DNA of 64,000 bases from Planctomycetia bacterium (GCA_046343855.1 JBKDMX010000091.1:2535-66534), one strand, 5' to 3'. Shown: positions 8,684 through 18,774, numbered from the stretch's first letter. Program-made: numbers and translations. Notes: a model not told the origin generated them from the letters alone.

Positions 8684-9457
8684 TCAGTCTGGGGGAGGGA
8701 GCGGGGCGATGACGAGCTCGACGTCGGCGGCCGCGATGGCCGACCGCCAGTGCGGCCCGAGCCCTTCGTCCGACACGAGCACGTCGATGCTGTCGAGGCC
8801 GGAGACGAGCGTGAGGCTTTTGCGGCCAAACTTCGAACTGTCGGCGACGACGATCACGCGGCCGGCGGCGGCGAGCATCGCCTGCTCGGTTTCGGCGAGC
8901 AGCAGGTGGGCGTTGAAGAGGCCCTCCTCGGCGATGCCGGCGGCCGAGAGCACCGTCGTCGTGACGTGCAGTCGGCCGAGCAGTTCGTTGGCGTAGGGGC
9001 CGAGGCAGACGCCGGTCCGCGGCGAGACGTAGCCGCCGAGCAACACGAGATCGGTGCGGGCTTCCGAAGCGAAGAGGTTGGCGACCGGCAGGCTGTTGGT
9101 GACGACCTGCAGCGGGCGGCCGACGAGCAGCCGAGCCACCTCGTAGGTGGTCGTGCCGCCGTCGAGCAGGACCGTCTCTCCGTCGCTGATGGCCTCGGCG
9201 GCCTTGACCGCGATCGCCCGCTTGGCGGCCCAGTTGGCCGGCTGGCGTTCGTCGAACTCGGCGATCCGCGGCATGCCGCCGGCGTAGAGCACGCCGCCGT
9301 GGGTTCGCTTCGCCCGCCCCTGTTCCTCGAGCGCGTCGAGATCACGGCGGACGGTCGATTCCGAGACGCCGAGTTCACGAACGAGTTCGTCGAGCGACGC
9401 AAATCCGCGGATGCGGATCACATCAAGCAAGCGGCTGCGGCGTTCGCGGTTTTGCAC
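8684..9457 (-). CDS. DeoR/GlpR-family transcriptional regulator
   Basis: 257 aa. N-terminal HTH (LDELVRELGVSESTVRRDLDALEEQG) and a C-terminal DeoR sugar-binding domain. GTG start. Confidence 0.9.
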   Translation of the reverse strand: MQNRERRSRLLDVIRIRGFASLDELVRELGVSESTVRRDLDALEEQGRAKRTHGGVLYAGGMPRIAEFDERQPANWAAKRAIAVKAAEAISDGETVLLDGGTTTYEVARLLVGRPLQVVTNSLPVANLFASEARTDLVLLGGYVSPRTGVCLGPYANELLGRLHVTTTVLSAAGIAEEGLFNAHLLLAETEQAMLAAAGRVIVVADSSKFGRKSLTLVSGLDSIDVLVSDEGLGPHWRSAIAAADVELVIAPLPPPD

Positions 9458-9495
9458 GGTTTCAGGCTTCCTGCGGCCATAAGTATGACGGTTTG

Positions 9496-9532
9496 GCGAC
9501 CGATTTCAACCGTGCAGCGACCGAAATCAACC
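9496..9532. promoter_or_regulatory. Direct repeat GCGACCGAWWTCAACC x2, 21-nt period (candidate DeoR operator)
   Basis: gcgaccgatttcaacc (9496-9511) and gcgaccgaaatcaacc (9517-9532), 14/16 identical, 40-75 nt upstream of the deoR-like start. Confidence 0.3.
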
Positions 9533-9619
9533 ACTCCGGTGCCGAGAAGCCCGCGGCACAAGCGCGGGAATACGCGATCCACCACCCTCCGGCCACCCGC
9601 ATTCCCTTGCTTGCGCCAC

Positions 9620-10450
9620 GGGCGTGCGTCGTGAATGGTGTGTTTTATCCCGCGGGTGCAAGACCCGCACCTGGAGATGGTTGTCCACCAGGAAGCAGAC
9701 GGAGTCGACAGTGAGGCAACGAACTGGCAGAAGAGTTGAGGAAGAAGACGTACCGGCCAGCGGCCGTGCGACGCGTGTGGATACCGAAGGCGGACGGCAA
9801 ACAGCGTCCGCTGGGGATCCCGACGATCCGCGACCGCGTGGTGCAGATGGCGTTCGTGCTCGTCGTGGAACCTATCTTCGACGTGGACCTACAGCCTGAG
9901 CAACACGCCTACCGGCCCGGCCACAACGCCCATGGGGCGGGACGGCGGTATCTCACGCCGGCACCGTCCAGGAACAAGGTTCGCTCGATCTGTGACAAGA
10001 TCAGCGACCTGACGAACTCCCGGACGACGTGGCGAGACCCGGAGCAGGCGGTCGTTGATCTCAACCGGGCGCTGTCCGGTTGGGGCAACTACTTCCGCAT
10101 CGGGTACACCACGGGAGCCTGGCAGGTGGTGCAAGAGCACGCCTGCCGTCGGCTCCGCCGGTGGTTGCAGAGGACGCACCGTCGGGCCGGCAGGTATCAG
10201 AACCTGCCGGACGTCAGGCTGTATCTCGACTACGGCCTTATGAGACTGACGGACCGCGTCCGACGCAAGCCGCTGTGGGCGAAGGCACGGCAAATCCGAT
10301 CAGAGAGCCGGATGCGGGAGATCTGCACGTCCGGTTCGATGAGCGGGGAGTGGAAACGGAGCATGGCCGAGCTCGTGAGGCACCGGCAGACGAAAGGGCC
10401 GGAAACAGATAGGCCACGCCTAAACCACCGCGCCACTCCCCGACTCTACT
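9620..10450 (+). mobile_element. Group II intron relic (frameshifted, internally deleted RT/maturase plus 3' RNA domains)
   Basis: ORF 9736-10512 reads [34 protein letters not shown] (RT block 2), then jumps to maturase X-like [18 protein letters not shown] blocks 3-7 are absent. Upstream RT-0/1-like fragments occur in other frames (ADGVDSEAT). A domain V-like hairpin follows. Confidence 0.65.
10305..10338 (+). ncRNA. Group II intron domain V-like hairpin
   Basis: gagccggatgcgggagatctgcacgtccggttc. Has the AGC triad, a 9-bp lower stem (GAGCCGGAU / GUCCGGUUC with G-U pairs), a 3'-side AC bulge and a short capped upper stem, matching the canonical domain V layout. Confidence 0.55.
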
Positions 10451-10540
10451 TCTCGGCAAGGGGGTCTTGGCAAGAGGGTATACGTTTTTCTCTTTTTGCC
10501 GAGTTAGGATAATCGGCGTTCGATCCCTGTAGAGGCGTTG

Positions 10541-11629
10541 ATGACCCCGTCCGCACAGCTGCTCGTGCTCGTCACGATGTTTGCCGCCGATCAGGCCGGC
10601 GGCATCCAGGCATTCCATCTCGACCCGGTAAAGGGCACGCTCGCCCCGGCGGCGGTCACCAGGGATTGCCCCAACGGGTTTTTCCTCACGCTCTCCCCCG
10701 ACCGCCGCACTGTCTATTCGCTCACAGCGAAAAAATTCGGCGATGCCGACACCGAGGAAGTAATCGCCTGGCGAATCGCCGACCGCGCGGGCACGCTCGA
10801 ATCGCTCGGCCGCAGGCCGGCCAAAGGGGCGGTCAGTTGCTACGCGGCCGCCGATCCATCGGGCCGATCGCTCCTGCTTGCCCACTACAACGGCGCGACC
10901 GTCGCCGCGTTGCCGCTCGACGCCGACGGCAGCCTCGCGGGCGATCCGGTGGCCGTTCGCCACGAAGGCAAGGGTGCCGACCCCGGCCGGCAGGAAGCGC
11001 CGCACCCGCATGCGATCGTTCCCGCGCCGGCGATGCAGGGCGGGCCGCAATTCGTCTATGCGGCCGACCTCGGCGCCGACGCGATCTTCTGCCACCGGCT
11101 CGACGCGGCCGCGGGCAGGCTGGTCGCCAATGATCCGCCGCTCGTGAAGACGAAGCCGGGCGCGGGCCCGCGGCACCTTGCATTTCATCCCGACGGCCGG
11201 TGGCTCTACGCGATCAACGAACTCGACAACACCGTCGCCGTCTACGACTACGATTCGGCCACGGGCCGGCTCGTCGAGCGGCAGGTGATCTCGACGCTGC
11301 CGCCCGACTTCAAGGGCAAGACCTACACGGCCGATCTCAAGATCACCCCCGACGGGCGGTTTCTCTACGGCACGAACCGCGGCCACGACAGCATCGCGGC
11401 CTATCGCATCGGGGCAGACGGCCAGCTCACGCTCGTCGAGATCATCCCGAGCCGCGGCCGCGGTCCGCAGAACCTGGCGATCACGCCGGACGGAGGTCTG
11501 CTGCTCTGCGCGAACATGCCGGGAGACAATCTCGCGGCCTTCCGGATCGACCTCGAGACCGGCAAGCTCGCGCCGATCGGCGAGCCGGTGACGGTCACAA
11601 TGCCGTCGTGCATCGCGATCGTTCCGTGA
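10541..11629 (+). CDS. Lactonase-family 7-bladed beta-propeller protein (6-phosphogluconolactonase-like)
   Basis: Motifs HPHAIVPAP, GAGPRHLAFHPDGRWLYAINELDNTVAVYDYD and GRGPQNLAITPDG. The track start at 10538 is TTG; an ATG follows at 10541. Confidence 0.8.
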   Translation: MTPSAQLLVLVTMFAADQAGGIQAFHLDPVKGTLAPAAVTRDCPNGFFLTLSPDRRTVYSLTAKKFGDADTEEVIAWRIADRAGTLESLGRRPAKGAVSCYAAADPSGRSLLLAHYNGATVAALPLDADGSLAGDPVAVRHEGKGADPGRQEAPHPHAIVPAPAMQGGPQFVYAADLGADAIFCHRLDAAAGRLVANDPPLVKTKPGAGPRHLAFHPDGRWLYAINELDNTVAVYDYDSATGRLVERQVISTLPPDFKGKTYTADLKITPDGRFLYGTNRGHDSIAAYRIGADGQLTLVEIIPSRGRGPQNLAITPDGGLLLCANMPGDNLAAFRIDLETGKLAPIGEPVTVTMPSCIAIVP

Positions 11630-11656
11630 CGGAGCGTTTTCTTTACGCGGTCTACT

Positions 11657-12148
11657 GTGCACATCGTCTTTCATTCGCTCGATGTGGATGCTGGCCGGCG
11701 GCTCGGCGAGGATCGTTCCCCGGCGATCGACGTGCGGCCGTTCGACCCCGCTGCGGATGCGATCGCGCTCGAGACGCTCGTCGAGGCATGCCGAGCCGGG
11801 GCTGGCCGTGACGAGGCATCGTTCGCGCCGGCGGGAATTGCCGCCGAATTGGTGAGCCGGCCGGGCCGGCAGGTGCATGCGTTGCTGGCAATGACCCGAG
11901 CGGAGCCATCCGCCGCGGTCGGCCTGGTGGTGATCGTCGAGGCGGGAGAGCGGGAGCCGAGGCGATTTTCGATCGCGTGGCTGCTCGTCGATCCGCACTC
12001 CCGCCGTCGCGGCATCGCCACAACGCTTGTTGCCAATGCGCTCGAGGGGGCGCGGGCGCGCGGCGCGACGACGGTGGCGGTCGAGACGCACGGAGCCTGG
12101 CTTTCGGCCTCCTCCTTTTGGCGTGCGCTGGCGGGCCGCCTCTCATAA
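11657..12148 (+). CDS. GNAT-family N-acetyltransferase
   Basis: 163 aa. Acetyl-CoA-binding motif VDPHSRRRGIATTLVANALEGARARG. GTG start; the exact start is uncertain. Confidence 0.7.
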   Translation: MHIVFHSLDVDAGRRLGEDRSPAIDVRPFDPAADAIALETLVEACRAGAGRDEASFAPAGIAAELVSRPGRQVHALLAMTRAEPSAAVGLVVIVEAGEREPRRFSIAWLLVDPHSRRRGIATTLVANALEGARARGATTVAVETHGAWLSASSFWRALAGRLS

Positions 12149-12227
12149 ATGTCCCGATTTCTCCCGCCCATGATTCCCGCCTGAGGAGCGCCAGCATGAA
12201 CGCGCGAGTCCTGCTTTTCTTGACGGC

Positions 12228-12809
12228 GTGTGCTCTCGCCTGCCGGCCGTGTGTCGCCGGCGACGACGGCGCGCCAGCGAAGGCGCTCCCATCAGCGAAG
12301 GCGCTCGCATCAGCGAAGGCGCTCTGAAGGCCGCGGCGAACGGCGTGCTCCCGATGCCCAAGGCGAAAGTGGGCGAGAAGCTGCCGCCGATCGGCGAACT
12401 CGTGAGACGGGCCGGCGACCCGGCCCGCGGCAAGGCCGTGTTTGCGGGCGCGGGCACCTGCGCTAAGTGCCACGTCGTCGGCGGTGAAGGGAAGGCCGTG
12501 GGGCCCGCGCTCTCCGGGATCGGCGCCAAGCTGTCCCGCCCGGCGCTCTACGAGGCGATCCTCGCGCCGTCGGCCGCGATCAGCCACAACTACGAGACCT
12601 GGACGGCCATCCTCGACGACGGCCGCAGCTTCATGGGGCTGCTCATCTCGCAGTCGTCGGAGGAGATCGTCATCCGCGGGCCCGACGGCATCGACACGTC
12701 GGTCACCGCCGGCGAGGTGGAGGAGCTCGTGAAGCAGCCGGTGTCGCTGATGTCGGCCGATCTCGCGGTGACGCTCACGGCGCGAGACCTCGTCGATCTC
12801 GTCGCCTGA
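12228..12809 (+). CDS. c-type cytochrome, PVC-type CxxCH heme-binding domain; apparent 5' frameshift
   Basis: CAKCH heme motif and GPALSGIGAKLSRPALYEAILAPSAAISHNYE, as in the C-terminus of the 43905-46661 protein. The only signal peptide (MNARVLLFLTACALA, ATG 12196) is in another frame that stops at 12327. Confidence 0.6.
   Translation: MCSRLPAVCRRRRRRASEGAPISEGARISEGALKAAANGVLPMPKAKVGEKLPPIGELVRRAGDPARGKAVFAGAGTCAKCHVVGGEGKAVGPALSGIGAKLSRPALYEAILAPSAAISHNYETWTAILDDGRSFMGLLISQSSEEIVIRGPDGIDTSVTAGEVEELVKQPVSLMSADLAVTLTARDLVDLVA
12275..12324. repeat. Tandem repeat, 3 copies of CAGCGAAGGCGCTC core at 18-nt period
   Basis: Cores at 12275, 12293 and 12311. Encodes (SAKALx)3 in the signal-peptide frame. 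Confidence 0.85.
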
Positions 12810-12851
12810 CTCGAGACGCTCAAGCAGACGAAGTGAGAGTAGACCGCTGAA

Positions 12852-13373
12852 TTAGGCGGCGCCGAGGCCTTCGATGCGCCGCCAGGCGCTCAGCTGGCCG
12901 AGGTGCATCATCATGTGGCCGCCGCAATAGAAGGCCTGCACCGAGCCGATCGTGGGGAAGAGTTCCTTCATCCGGCCCGTGGCGGGATTCGGCTGCTGGA
13001 AGACGTCGTCGGGCGTGCTCCGCAGGGCGCCAGCCACCATCCGGTGGCCTTCGAGGAAAAACGACACGATCTCCTCCATCGACGGATAGAGATCCCCGTC
13101 GAAGTCGTCCGCGCACTGGGCTTCCTTCGAGAAGCGGATCTCGAAGTGCTCCGGGATCGACGGCGCGGGGTGACCGATCTGCTGCAGGATCTTCGGAGCG
13201 TAGAGGCTGAGGTGGCCGATGACGAAGGCGGGGTGATTCGACTCCACCATCGTGCCGCCCACCGCGGCGAACCGGGCGAATCGGTCGGCGGGAATGCCCT
13301 TCAAGAGCCGCTCGGCGTAGCCGACCGAGAGCTGCAGCGAATCGGCGACGATGTTGCCGATGGAGCGGATCAT
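12852..13373 (-). CDS. DinB-family protein
   Basis: 173 aa from the internal ATG at 13373 (MIRSIGNIVADSLQ...). His-containing four-helix DinB_2-like pattern (SNHPAFVIGHLSLY ... GGHMMMHLGQLS). ATGA overlap with the purN stop. Confidence 0.75.
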   Translation of the reverse strand: MIRSIGNIVADSLQLSVGYAERLLKGIPADRFARFAAVGGTMVESNHPAFVIGHLSLYAPKILQQIGHPAPSIPEHFEIRFSKEAQCADDFDGDLYPSMEEIVSFFLEGHRMVAGALRSTPDDVFQQPNPATGRMKELFPTIGSVQAFYCGGHMMMHLGQLSAWRRIEGLGAA

Positions 13374-13957
13374 GGATCGTTCCTTTCTCGGGCGAAGCGG
13401 GTGATCGCTTCGGGGAGGGCATGGCATTCGGCTGCGAAAACCCGCGCGGCGAGCGATTCGGGGGTGTCGTCGGGGAGCACCGGCACCGTCTTCTGCAGCA
13501 GGATCTTGCCGTGATCGTACTCGTTGTCGACGAGGTGGACCGTGCAGCCCGAAACGGTGCAGCCCCGCTCGAGCACCGCGCGATGGACATGCATTCCATG
13601 GTAGCCCTTGCCGCCGAAGGCCGGGAGCAGGGCGGGGTGGATGTTGATCACGCGGCCGGCGAAGTCGGCGGGGATTTCCACGAGCTGGAGAAATCCGGCC
13701 ATCACGACGAGATCGGCGTTCACGGCCCGGCAGGCAGTGAAGATGGCGTTGCTCCAAGACGCGAGCGGCTCGTTGCCCCGCGGCAGCACATGGGTCGCCA
13801 GTCCGGCCCGTCGCGCGACCTCGAGGCCGCGCACGTCGCCGCGGTTGGCGACGACGATCTCCACCGACGCCGGCAGCCGGCCAGCCGCGATGTGGTCGAG
13901 CAGGTTTTCGAGCGTGCGGCCCGAACCGGAGAGAAGGATGGCGAGGCGAATGGGCAT
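13370..13957 (-). CDS. purN: Phosphoribosylglycinamide formyltransferase
   Basis: 195 aa with LAILLSGSGRTLENL, INIHPALLPAFGG and GCTVHLVDNEYDHG motifs. Confidence 0.9.
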   Translation of the reverse strand: MPIRLAILLSGSGRTLENLLDHIAAGRLPASVEIVVANRGDVRGLEVARRAGLATHVLPRGNEPLASWSNAIFTACRAVNADLVVMAGFLQLVEIPADFAGRVINIHPALLPAFGGKGYHGMHVHRAVLERGCTVSGCTVHLVDNEYDHGKILLQKTVPVLPDDTPESLAARVFAAECHALPEAITRFARERNDP

Positions 13958-13965
13958 ATGGGTCG

Positions 13966-13991
13966 GTAGGACAGGGTTCAGCCTGTCCTAC
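13966..13991. repeat. REP-like hairpin element, type 1, complete palindrome with both GTAG and CTAC ends
   Basis: gtaggacagggttcagcctgtcctac. Fills the ileS-purN spacer and contains the ileS TAG stop. Confidence 0.85.
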
Positions 13992-16900
13992 GTTTTCCTG
14001 ATGGTGATGGTGAGCGGGTGGCCGTCGAGGTCCAGGGATTCGCTCGTGCCGCCGGCGAGCGTGCCAAACGTGGCCGCGGCGGCGAGCGTCTCGCCGGCGA
14101 CATACTCGAGATGCTTTTCAAGCGCGGCCTTCAACTCGGCCGAGCTCGTCTCGAAGGTGAGTTCGATCCGGTCGGTGAATTCGAGGTCGAGCGTCTTTCG
14201 CTGCGACTGCACGGCGTGCACCACCTCGCGGACGAGCCCCTCGGCCACGAGTTCCGGCGTCAGGGCGCTTGCGACGACGACGACGGCGAGCGGACTCTCG
14301 GCCGCGGCCCAGCCCTCCTTGGCCGTCGTGCGGATCAAGACGTCGTCCTTCTCGACGACCACCTCGCCACCGCCGGGGAGCGCGACGGTCGCGCGGCCGT
14401 CGCGCTGGAGCGCCGCGAGCAGCGCAGAGGCGTCGGCCTTCGCGATCGCGTCGCGGGCCTTGGGCAGATCCTTGCCGAGCCGCGGTCCGAGCTTCTTGAG
14501 GTCTGGCAGCACCGCCCGCGTGATGTAGCGGTCGGGCTCGCGGCAGATCTCGAACTGTTTTACGTTGAGTTCGTCGCAGACGAGGTCGGCGTGCGACGCG
14601 AGCCAGGCTTCGTCGGCCGGGGAGGCCGCGGCGAGGATCACCTCCACCTTCGAGAGCGGCTGCCGCACCTTCAGTTTCTCGGCGGCCCGCGCCGCCCGGC
14701 CGAGCGACGACACCTCGCGGACGAGCGTCATCCGTCGGACCAGATCGCGGTCGATCAGGGCCTCGACGCCGGCAGGATAGTCGGTGAGGTGGACGCTCTC
14801 CGGCGCCTTGCCGCCGACACCGGCGCAGGCGAGGTTGCGCCAGATCGCCTCCGACACGAAGGGCACGAAAGGGGCGGCGAGCCGGGCGATCGTGAGCAGC
14901 GTCTCGTAGAGCGTCCAATAGGCATCGAGCTTCTCGGGGTTGCCCTCGGGGCCCGTGTCGGCCTTGCCGGCGGCCCAGAAGCGGTCGCGGCTCCGGCGGA
15001 CATACCAGTTGCTCACCGCATCGACGAGCGCCGAGAGCCGGCCGGCGGCGCCAAAATGGTCGAAGGCGTCGAGGCGTTCGACCATGTCCCGCGCCGTGGC
15101 GTTGAGCTCGGAGAGCATCCAGCGATCGAGTTCGCCCCGCTCGACCACGGGCCGGTAGCCGCGGGCCTTCTGCAGGTCGGCATGGTCGAGCCCGCCGGGG
15201 GCGTCGACGAGCAGGGCGGGATCGAAGCCATCGATCTGGGCGTAGATCACGAAGAAGGAATAGACGTTCCAGAGCCGCAGCAGAAACTCCGGCACGCTCT
15301 CGCGGATCGCCCGCTCGTTGTAGCGGATGCCCGACCACGGCGGCTGCCCGGCCAGGAAAAACCAGCGGAGCGCATCGGCGCCGTAGGTGTCGAAGATCAC
15401 CGCCGGCTCTTTGTAGTTGCGCTTGCTCTTGCTCATCTTCTGCCCGTCTTCGCCGAGCATGTGGCCGAGGACGATGCAGGTCTTGAAGGGATGCGGGTAG
15501 GGCTGCGAGGCGTCGCCGGACTGTCCGCCGAAAAGGAGCGTGCTGATCGCCAGCTGGCTGTAGAACCAGCCGCGGGTCTGGTCGATCGCCTCCGAGATGA
15601 AGTCGGCCGGAAACTGCGACCGGAATTCGGCGTCGCCCGTGTGGGGCCAGCCCCATTGGGCGAAGGGCATCGCGCCCGAGTCGAACCAGCAGTCGATCAC
15701 CTCGCCCACGCGGCGCATGCGGGCACCCTTCGCGAACGGCGAGTCGTAGGTGACGGCGTCGATGTAGGGCTTGTGCACCTTGAGGTCGTCGGAGAGCTGC
15801 GGATTGGCGGCCTTGGCCTTGTCGAAGACGTCGGTGCCGGCCACGCCCGGCTTGCCGAGGAGCGCGGCGTATGACGGGATCGCCTCGGAATTGCCGGTCG
15901 ATTCGCAGACCCAGATCGGCAGCGGCGTGCCCCAGTAGCGCTCGCGCGAGAGCGCCCAATCGACGTTGGTCTCGAGGAAGTTGCCGAACCGGCCGTCCTT
16001 GATGTGCTCGGGCAGCCAGTCGATCCGGGCGTTGTTGGCGAGCATCTCGTCGCGGAACTGGCTCGTGCGGATGAACCAGCTCTGCCGCGGATACTGGATG
16101 AGCGGGTCGGCGTCGGCCCGCCAGCAGAACGGATAGTCGTGGACGTATTGCTCCTGGTGGACGAGCAGGCCGCGGCTCCGCAGGTCGCGGGTGATGTCGC
16201 GGTCGCAGTCTTTCACGAACCGTCCGCTCCCCATCGGGAAGGCGTCGGTGAACGTGCCGTCGGGGGCGACGCAATTGATGAGCGCGGGGCCCTGGCCCGC
16301 GGCGAAGCGAGCCTGCTCGGCGATGAGGACGGTGTAGTCCACCTCGCCGAAGGCGGGCGCGATGTGGACGATGCCGGTGCCGGAGTCGGTCGTGACGAAG
16401 TCGGCGGCCACGACCCGCCAGGCCGCTGCCGACGACGAGCCGCGAAACGTGTCGAACGGCGGGAGATAGGAGCGGCCGACAAGCGCCGCGCCCTTCAGGC
16501 GATCGACGATCTCGAATGGCTTCTTCATCTTCTCGATGAGCGGGGCGGCGAGCGGTTCGGCGACGATGAGTTCAGCCGCGTCGGCGACGTCCTGCGCGCG
16601 GAGGACGACGTAGTCGAGGTCTGCCTTTACAGCGGCGAACTGGTTCGAAGGGAGCGTCCAGGGAGTCGTCGTCCAGGCGACGAGGCTCCGGTTCGTGGGC
16701 TGGCCCGCGTCGTCGAGCAGCGGAAACGCGACGTAGACGCTCGGGTCGGCCACCTCGCGGTAGCCCTGGCCCACCTCGCCGCTCGAGAGCGCCGTGCCCC
16801 CTTGCGCCCACCACCAGACGATCTTGTGGCCCTGGTAGAGCAGCCCGCGGTTGAAGAGCTCCGCGAGCGCCCACCAGACGCTTTCGACGAACGACTGGTG

Positions 16901-17353
16901 GTAGGTGACGTAGGCGTCGGAGAGATCGATCCAGAAGCCGATCCTCTCGGTGAGTGTCTCCCATTCCTTCATGTAGCGCCAGACCGATTCCTGGCACTTG
17001 TGGATGAAGGGCTCGACGCCGTAGGCCTCGATCTCGGCCTTCGAGTGGATGCCGAGCTCCTTGCAGACCTCCACCTCGACGGGCAGGCCGTGCGTGTCCC
17101 AGCCCGCCTTCCGCTCGCAGTATTCGCCGCGCATCGTGCGGTAGCGCGGATAGAGGTCCTTGATCGTGCGGGTCAGGCAGTGGCCGGGGTGAGGCATCCC
17201 GTTGGCCGTGGGCGGACCCTCGAAGAACACGAATCGCTTTGCGCCGCGGCGTTGGTCGAGCGACTTCTGGTAGATCCTGCCCTCGCGCCACAGCCGGGCG
17301 ATCGAGGTTTCGAGGGCGGGGAAGTCGGGCTTGCCGCGGACGGATTCGAACAT
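13988..17353 (-). CDS. ileS: Isoleucine--tRNA ligase (long, type 2-like)
   Basis: 1121 aa with the HIGH-type motif ([11 protein letters not shown]) and KMSKS (QKMSKSKRN). Confidence 0.95.
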   Translation of the reverse strand: MFESVRGKPDFPALETSIARLWREGRIYQKSLDQRRGAKRFVFFEGPPTANGMPHPGHCLTRTIKDLYPRYRTMRGEYCERKAGWDTHGLPVEVEVCKELGIHSKAEIEAYGVEPFIHKCQESVWRYMKEWETLTERIGFWIDLSDAYVTYHQSFVESVWWALAELFNRGLLYQGHKIVWWWAQGGTALSSGEVGQGYREVADPSVYVAFPLLDDAGQPTNRSLVAWTTTPWTLPSNQFAAVKADLDYVVLRAQDVADAAELIVAEPLAAPLIEKMKKPFEIVDRLKGAALVGRSYLPPFDTFRGSSSAAAWRVVAADFVTTDSGTGIVHIAPAFGEVDYTVLIAEQARFAAGQGPALINCVAPDGTFTDAFPMGSGRFVKDCDRDITRDLRSRGLLVHQEQYVHDYPFCWRADADPLIQYPRQSWFIRTSQFRDEMLANNARIDWLPEHIKDGRFGNFLETNVDWALSRERYWGTPLPIWVCESTGNSEAIPSYAALLGKPGVAGTDVFDKAKAANPQLSDDLKVHKPYIDAVTYDSPFAKGARMRRVGEVIDCWFDSGAMPFAQWGWPHTGDAEFRSQFPADFISEAIDQTRGWFYSQLAISTLLFGGQSGDASQPYPHPFKTCIVLGHMLGEDGQKMSKSKRNYKEPAVIFDTYGADALRWFFLAGQPPWSGIRYNERAIRESVPEFLLRLWNVYSFFVIYAQIDGFDPALLVDAPGGLDHADLQKARGYRPVVERGELDRWMLSELNATARDMVERLDAFDHFGAAGRLSALVDAVSNWYVRRSRDRFWAAGKADTGPEGNPEKLDAYWTLYETLLTIARLAAPFVPFVSEAIWRNLACAGVGGKAPESVHLTDYPAGVEALIDRDLVRRMTLVREVSSLGRAARAAEKLKVRQPLSKVEVILAAASPADEAWLASHADLVCDELNVKQFEICREPDRYITRAVLPDLKKLGPRLGKDLPKARDAIAKADASALLAALQRDGRATVALPGGGEVVVEKDDVLIRTTAKEGWAAAESPLAVVVVASALTPELVAEGLVREVVHAVQSQRKTLDLEFTDRIELTFETSSAELKAALEKHLEYVAGETLAAAATFGTLAGGTSESLDLDGHPLTITIRKT

Positions 17354-17514
17354 GGCTCTTGGGCCGGCGGGACGCTGGGGCGAAGGGGGCGTGCTGGAAA
17401 AGCCGCAATCCTACCGCGACAGGCGCGCGCCCCACAGGGGGCCTCGTTGTAGACGGCTTCGCCCCCGGAGACCGCTTGCTGGGTATCATATTGTGCGCTG
17501 GAATACGGAAGATC

Positions 17515-18774
17515 ATGAGCCCCACCGATTGGACGCTGCTCTCCCTGCATCTCGCGGCGATGCTCTTCGTGGCGCTCGCGATGGGGCAGGCAGCGCGGCG
17601 GATCGGTATTCCGGCCGTCGTCGGTGAAATCGCCGGCGGGCTCCTGCTCGGGCCCACGCTCCTGGGGCGGCTGGCTCCGGACTTCCACGCCTGGCTCTTC
17701 CCGGTCTCGGGCCCGGTCGCTGACGCGCGGGTCGCGATCGCCCGCGTCGGGATGCTCTTCTTCATCGTCACGATCGGGCTCGACATCAGCATCGGCGAAT
17801 TCCGTCGGATTGGCCGCAAGGCACTCGCCGTGGGCACGGTCGGCACGCTCGTGCCGCTCGTGCTGGGATTCGTCATGTGCTACGTCTTTCCCGACGTCAT
17901 CGGCGTGACGCGGAAAGACCTCTTCGCGACGGCGCTCTTCATGGGGTCGATCCTCTCGCTGTCGGCCAATCCCGTCATCGCCCGCATCCTCATGGACATG
18001 GGGCTCTTCAAGACCGAGATCGGCCGGACGATCATGTCGGCGACGCTGGTGGACGACCTCGTGGGCTGGGGGCTCTTCGCGGTGATCCTCGCGGAGTTTG
18101 CCCCGCACTCCACCGGCCAGGGGCAGGGGGCGGCGATCCTCGCGCTCGTGTTCCTCTTCATCGGCGGAATTCTGCTCCTGGGCAGGTTCGTGTTGCCGCC
18201 GCTCCTCGAACAGGTGCAGCGGCGGCTGCCGCAGCCCTCCGCGCTGATCTCGTGCATCGTGCTGCTCACGCTCGTGGGGGCGGCCGGCTCGGAATACCTT
18301 GGCCTCCATTCCTTCCTCGGCGCCTTCGTCATGGGCATCGCGCTCTCCGACGTCTACCGGCGGCATCCGGCGCCCTTCGAGATCGTCGGCGATTTCTCCT
18401 ACGCAGTCTTCACGCCCGTCTTCTTCGTCTCGATGGCGATCGGGGCCGATTTCGTCGCGGGCTTCGATCCCTGGCTCGTGGCCCTGATCACGATCGTGGC
18501 GTTCGTGGGCAAGATCTGCGGTGTCTTTCTTGGCGGCAAGATGGCCGGCATGGACAGCCGGCAGGCCCTCGCGGTGGGATGCGGCCTCAACGCGCGGGGC
18601 ATCCTCGGCATCGTGATGGCGGCGGCGGCCTACGACGCGCAGTTGATCGACCTGCGGCTCTTCGTGGCCTGCGTGCTGATGTGCGTCGCGACGACCATGG
18701 CCGCCGGCCCGGCGCTGAGCCTGATTCTCGGCAACTTCGGAACGAAGCGGGAGGATGATAGAATCCCCGCATGA
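17515..18774 (+). CDS. Cation:proton antiporter (CPA2/Kef-type Na+/H+ exchanger family)
   Basis: Internal ATG at 17515 (MSPTDWTLLSLHLAAMLFV...). Multi-TM protein with the GEIAGGLLLGPTLLG motif. Confidence 0.85.
   Translation: MSPTDWTLLSLHLAAMLFVALAMGQAARRIGIPAVVGEIAGGLLLGPTLLGRLAPDFHAWLFPVSGPVADARVAIARVGMLFFIVTIGLDISIGEFRRIGRKALAVGTVGTLVPLVLGFVMCYVFPDVIGVTRKDLFATALFMGSILSLSANPVIARILMDMGLFKTEIGRTIMSATLVDDLVGWGLFAVILAEFAPHSTGQGQGAAILALVFLFIGGILLLGRFVLPPLLEQVQRRLPQPSALISCIVLLTLVGAAGSEYLGLHSFLGAFVMGIALSDVYRRHPAPFEIVGDFSYAVFTPVFFVSMAIGADFVAGFDPWLVALITIVAFVGKICGVFLGGKMAGMDSRQALAVGCGLNARGILGIVMAAAAYDAQLIDLRLFVACVLMCVATTMAAGPALSLILGNFGTKREDDRIPA

Noticed and set aside
10238-12091. 617-aa minus-strand ORF across the lactonase and GNAT genes
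   Set aside because: Antisense to two genes with clear family motifs. Low-complexity Arg-rich translation.
12807-12809. The in-frame TGA of the cytochrome c gene as selenocysteine or programmed read-through
   Set aside because: No SECIS-like hairpin is obvious immediately downstream, and the gene already shows a frameshift. Decay or a natural stop is the simpler explanation.
17418-17455. Degenerate hairpin-element copy (cctaccgcgacaggcgcgcgcccc...cctcgttgtag) in the ileS/antiporter spacer
   Set aside because: Only the GACAGGC half and a distant GTAG are present, with no complementary arm. It could be chance.
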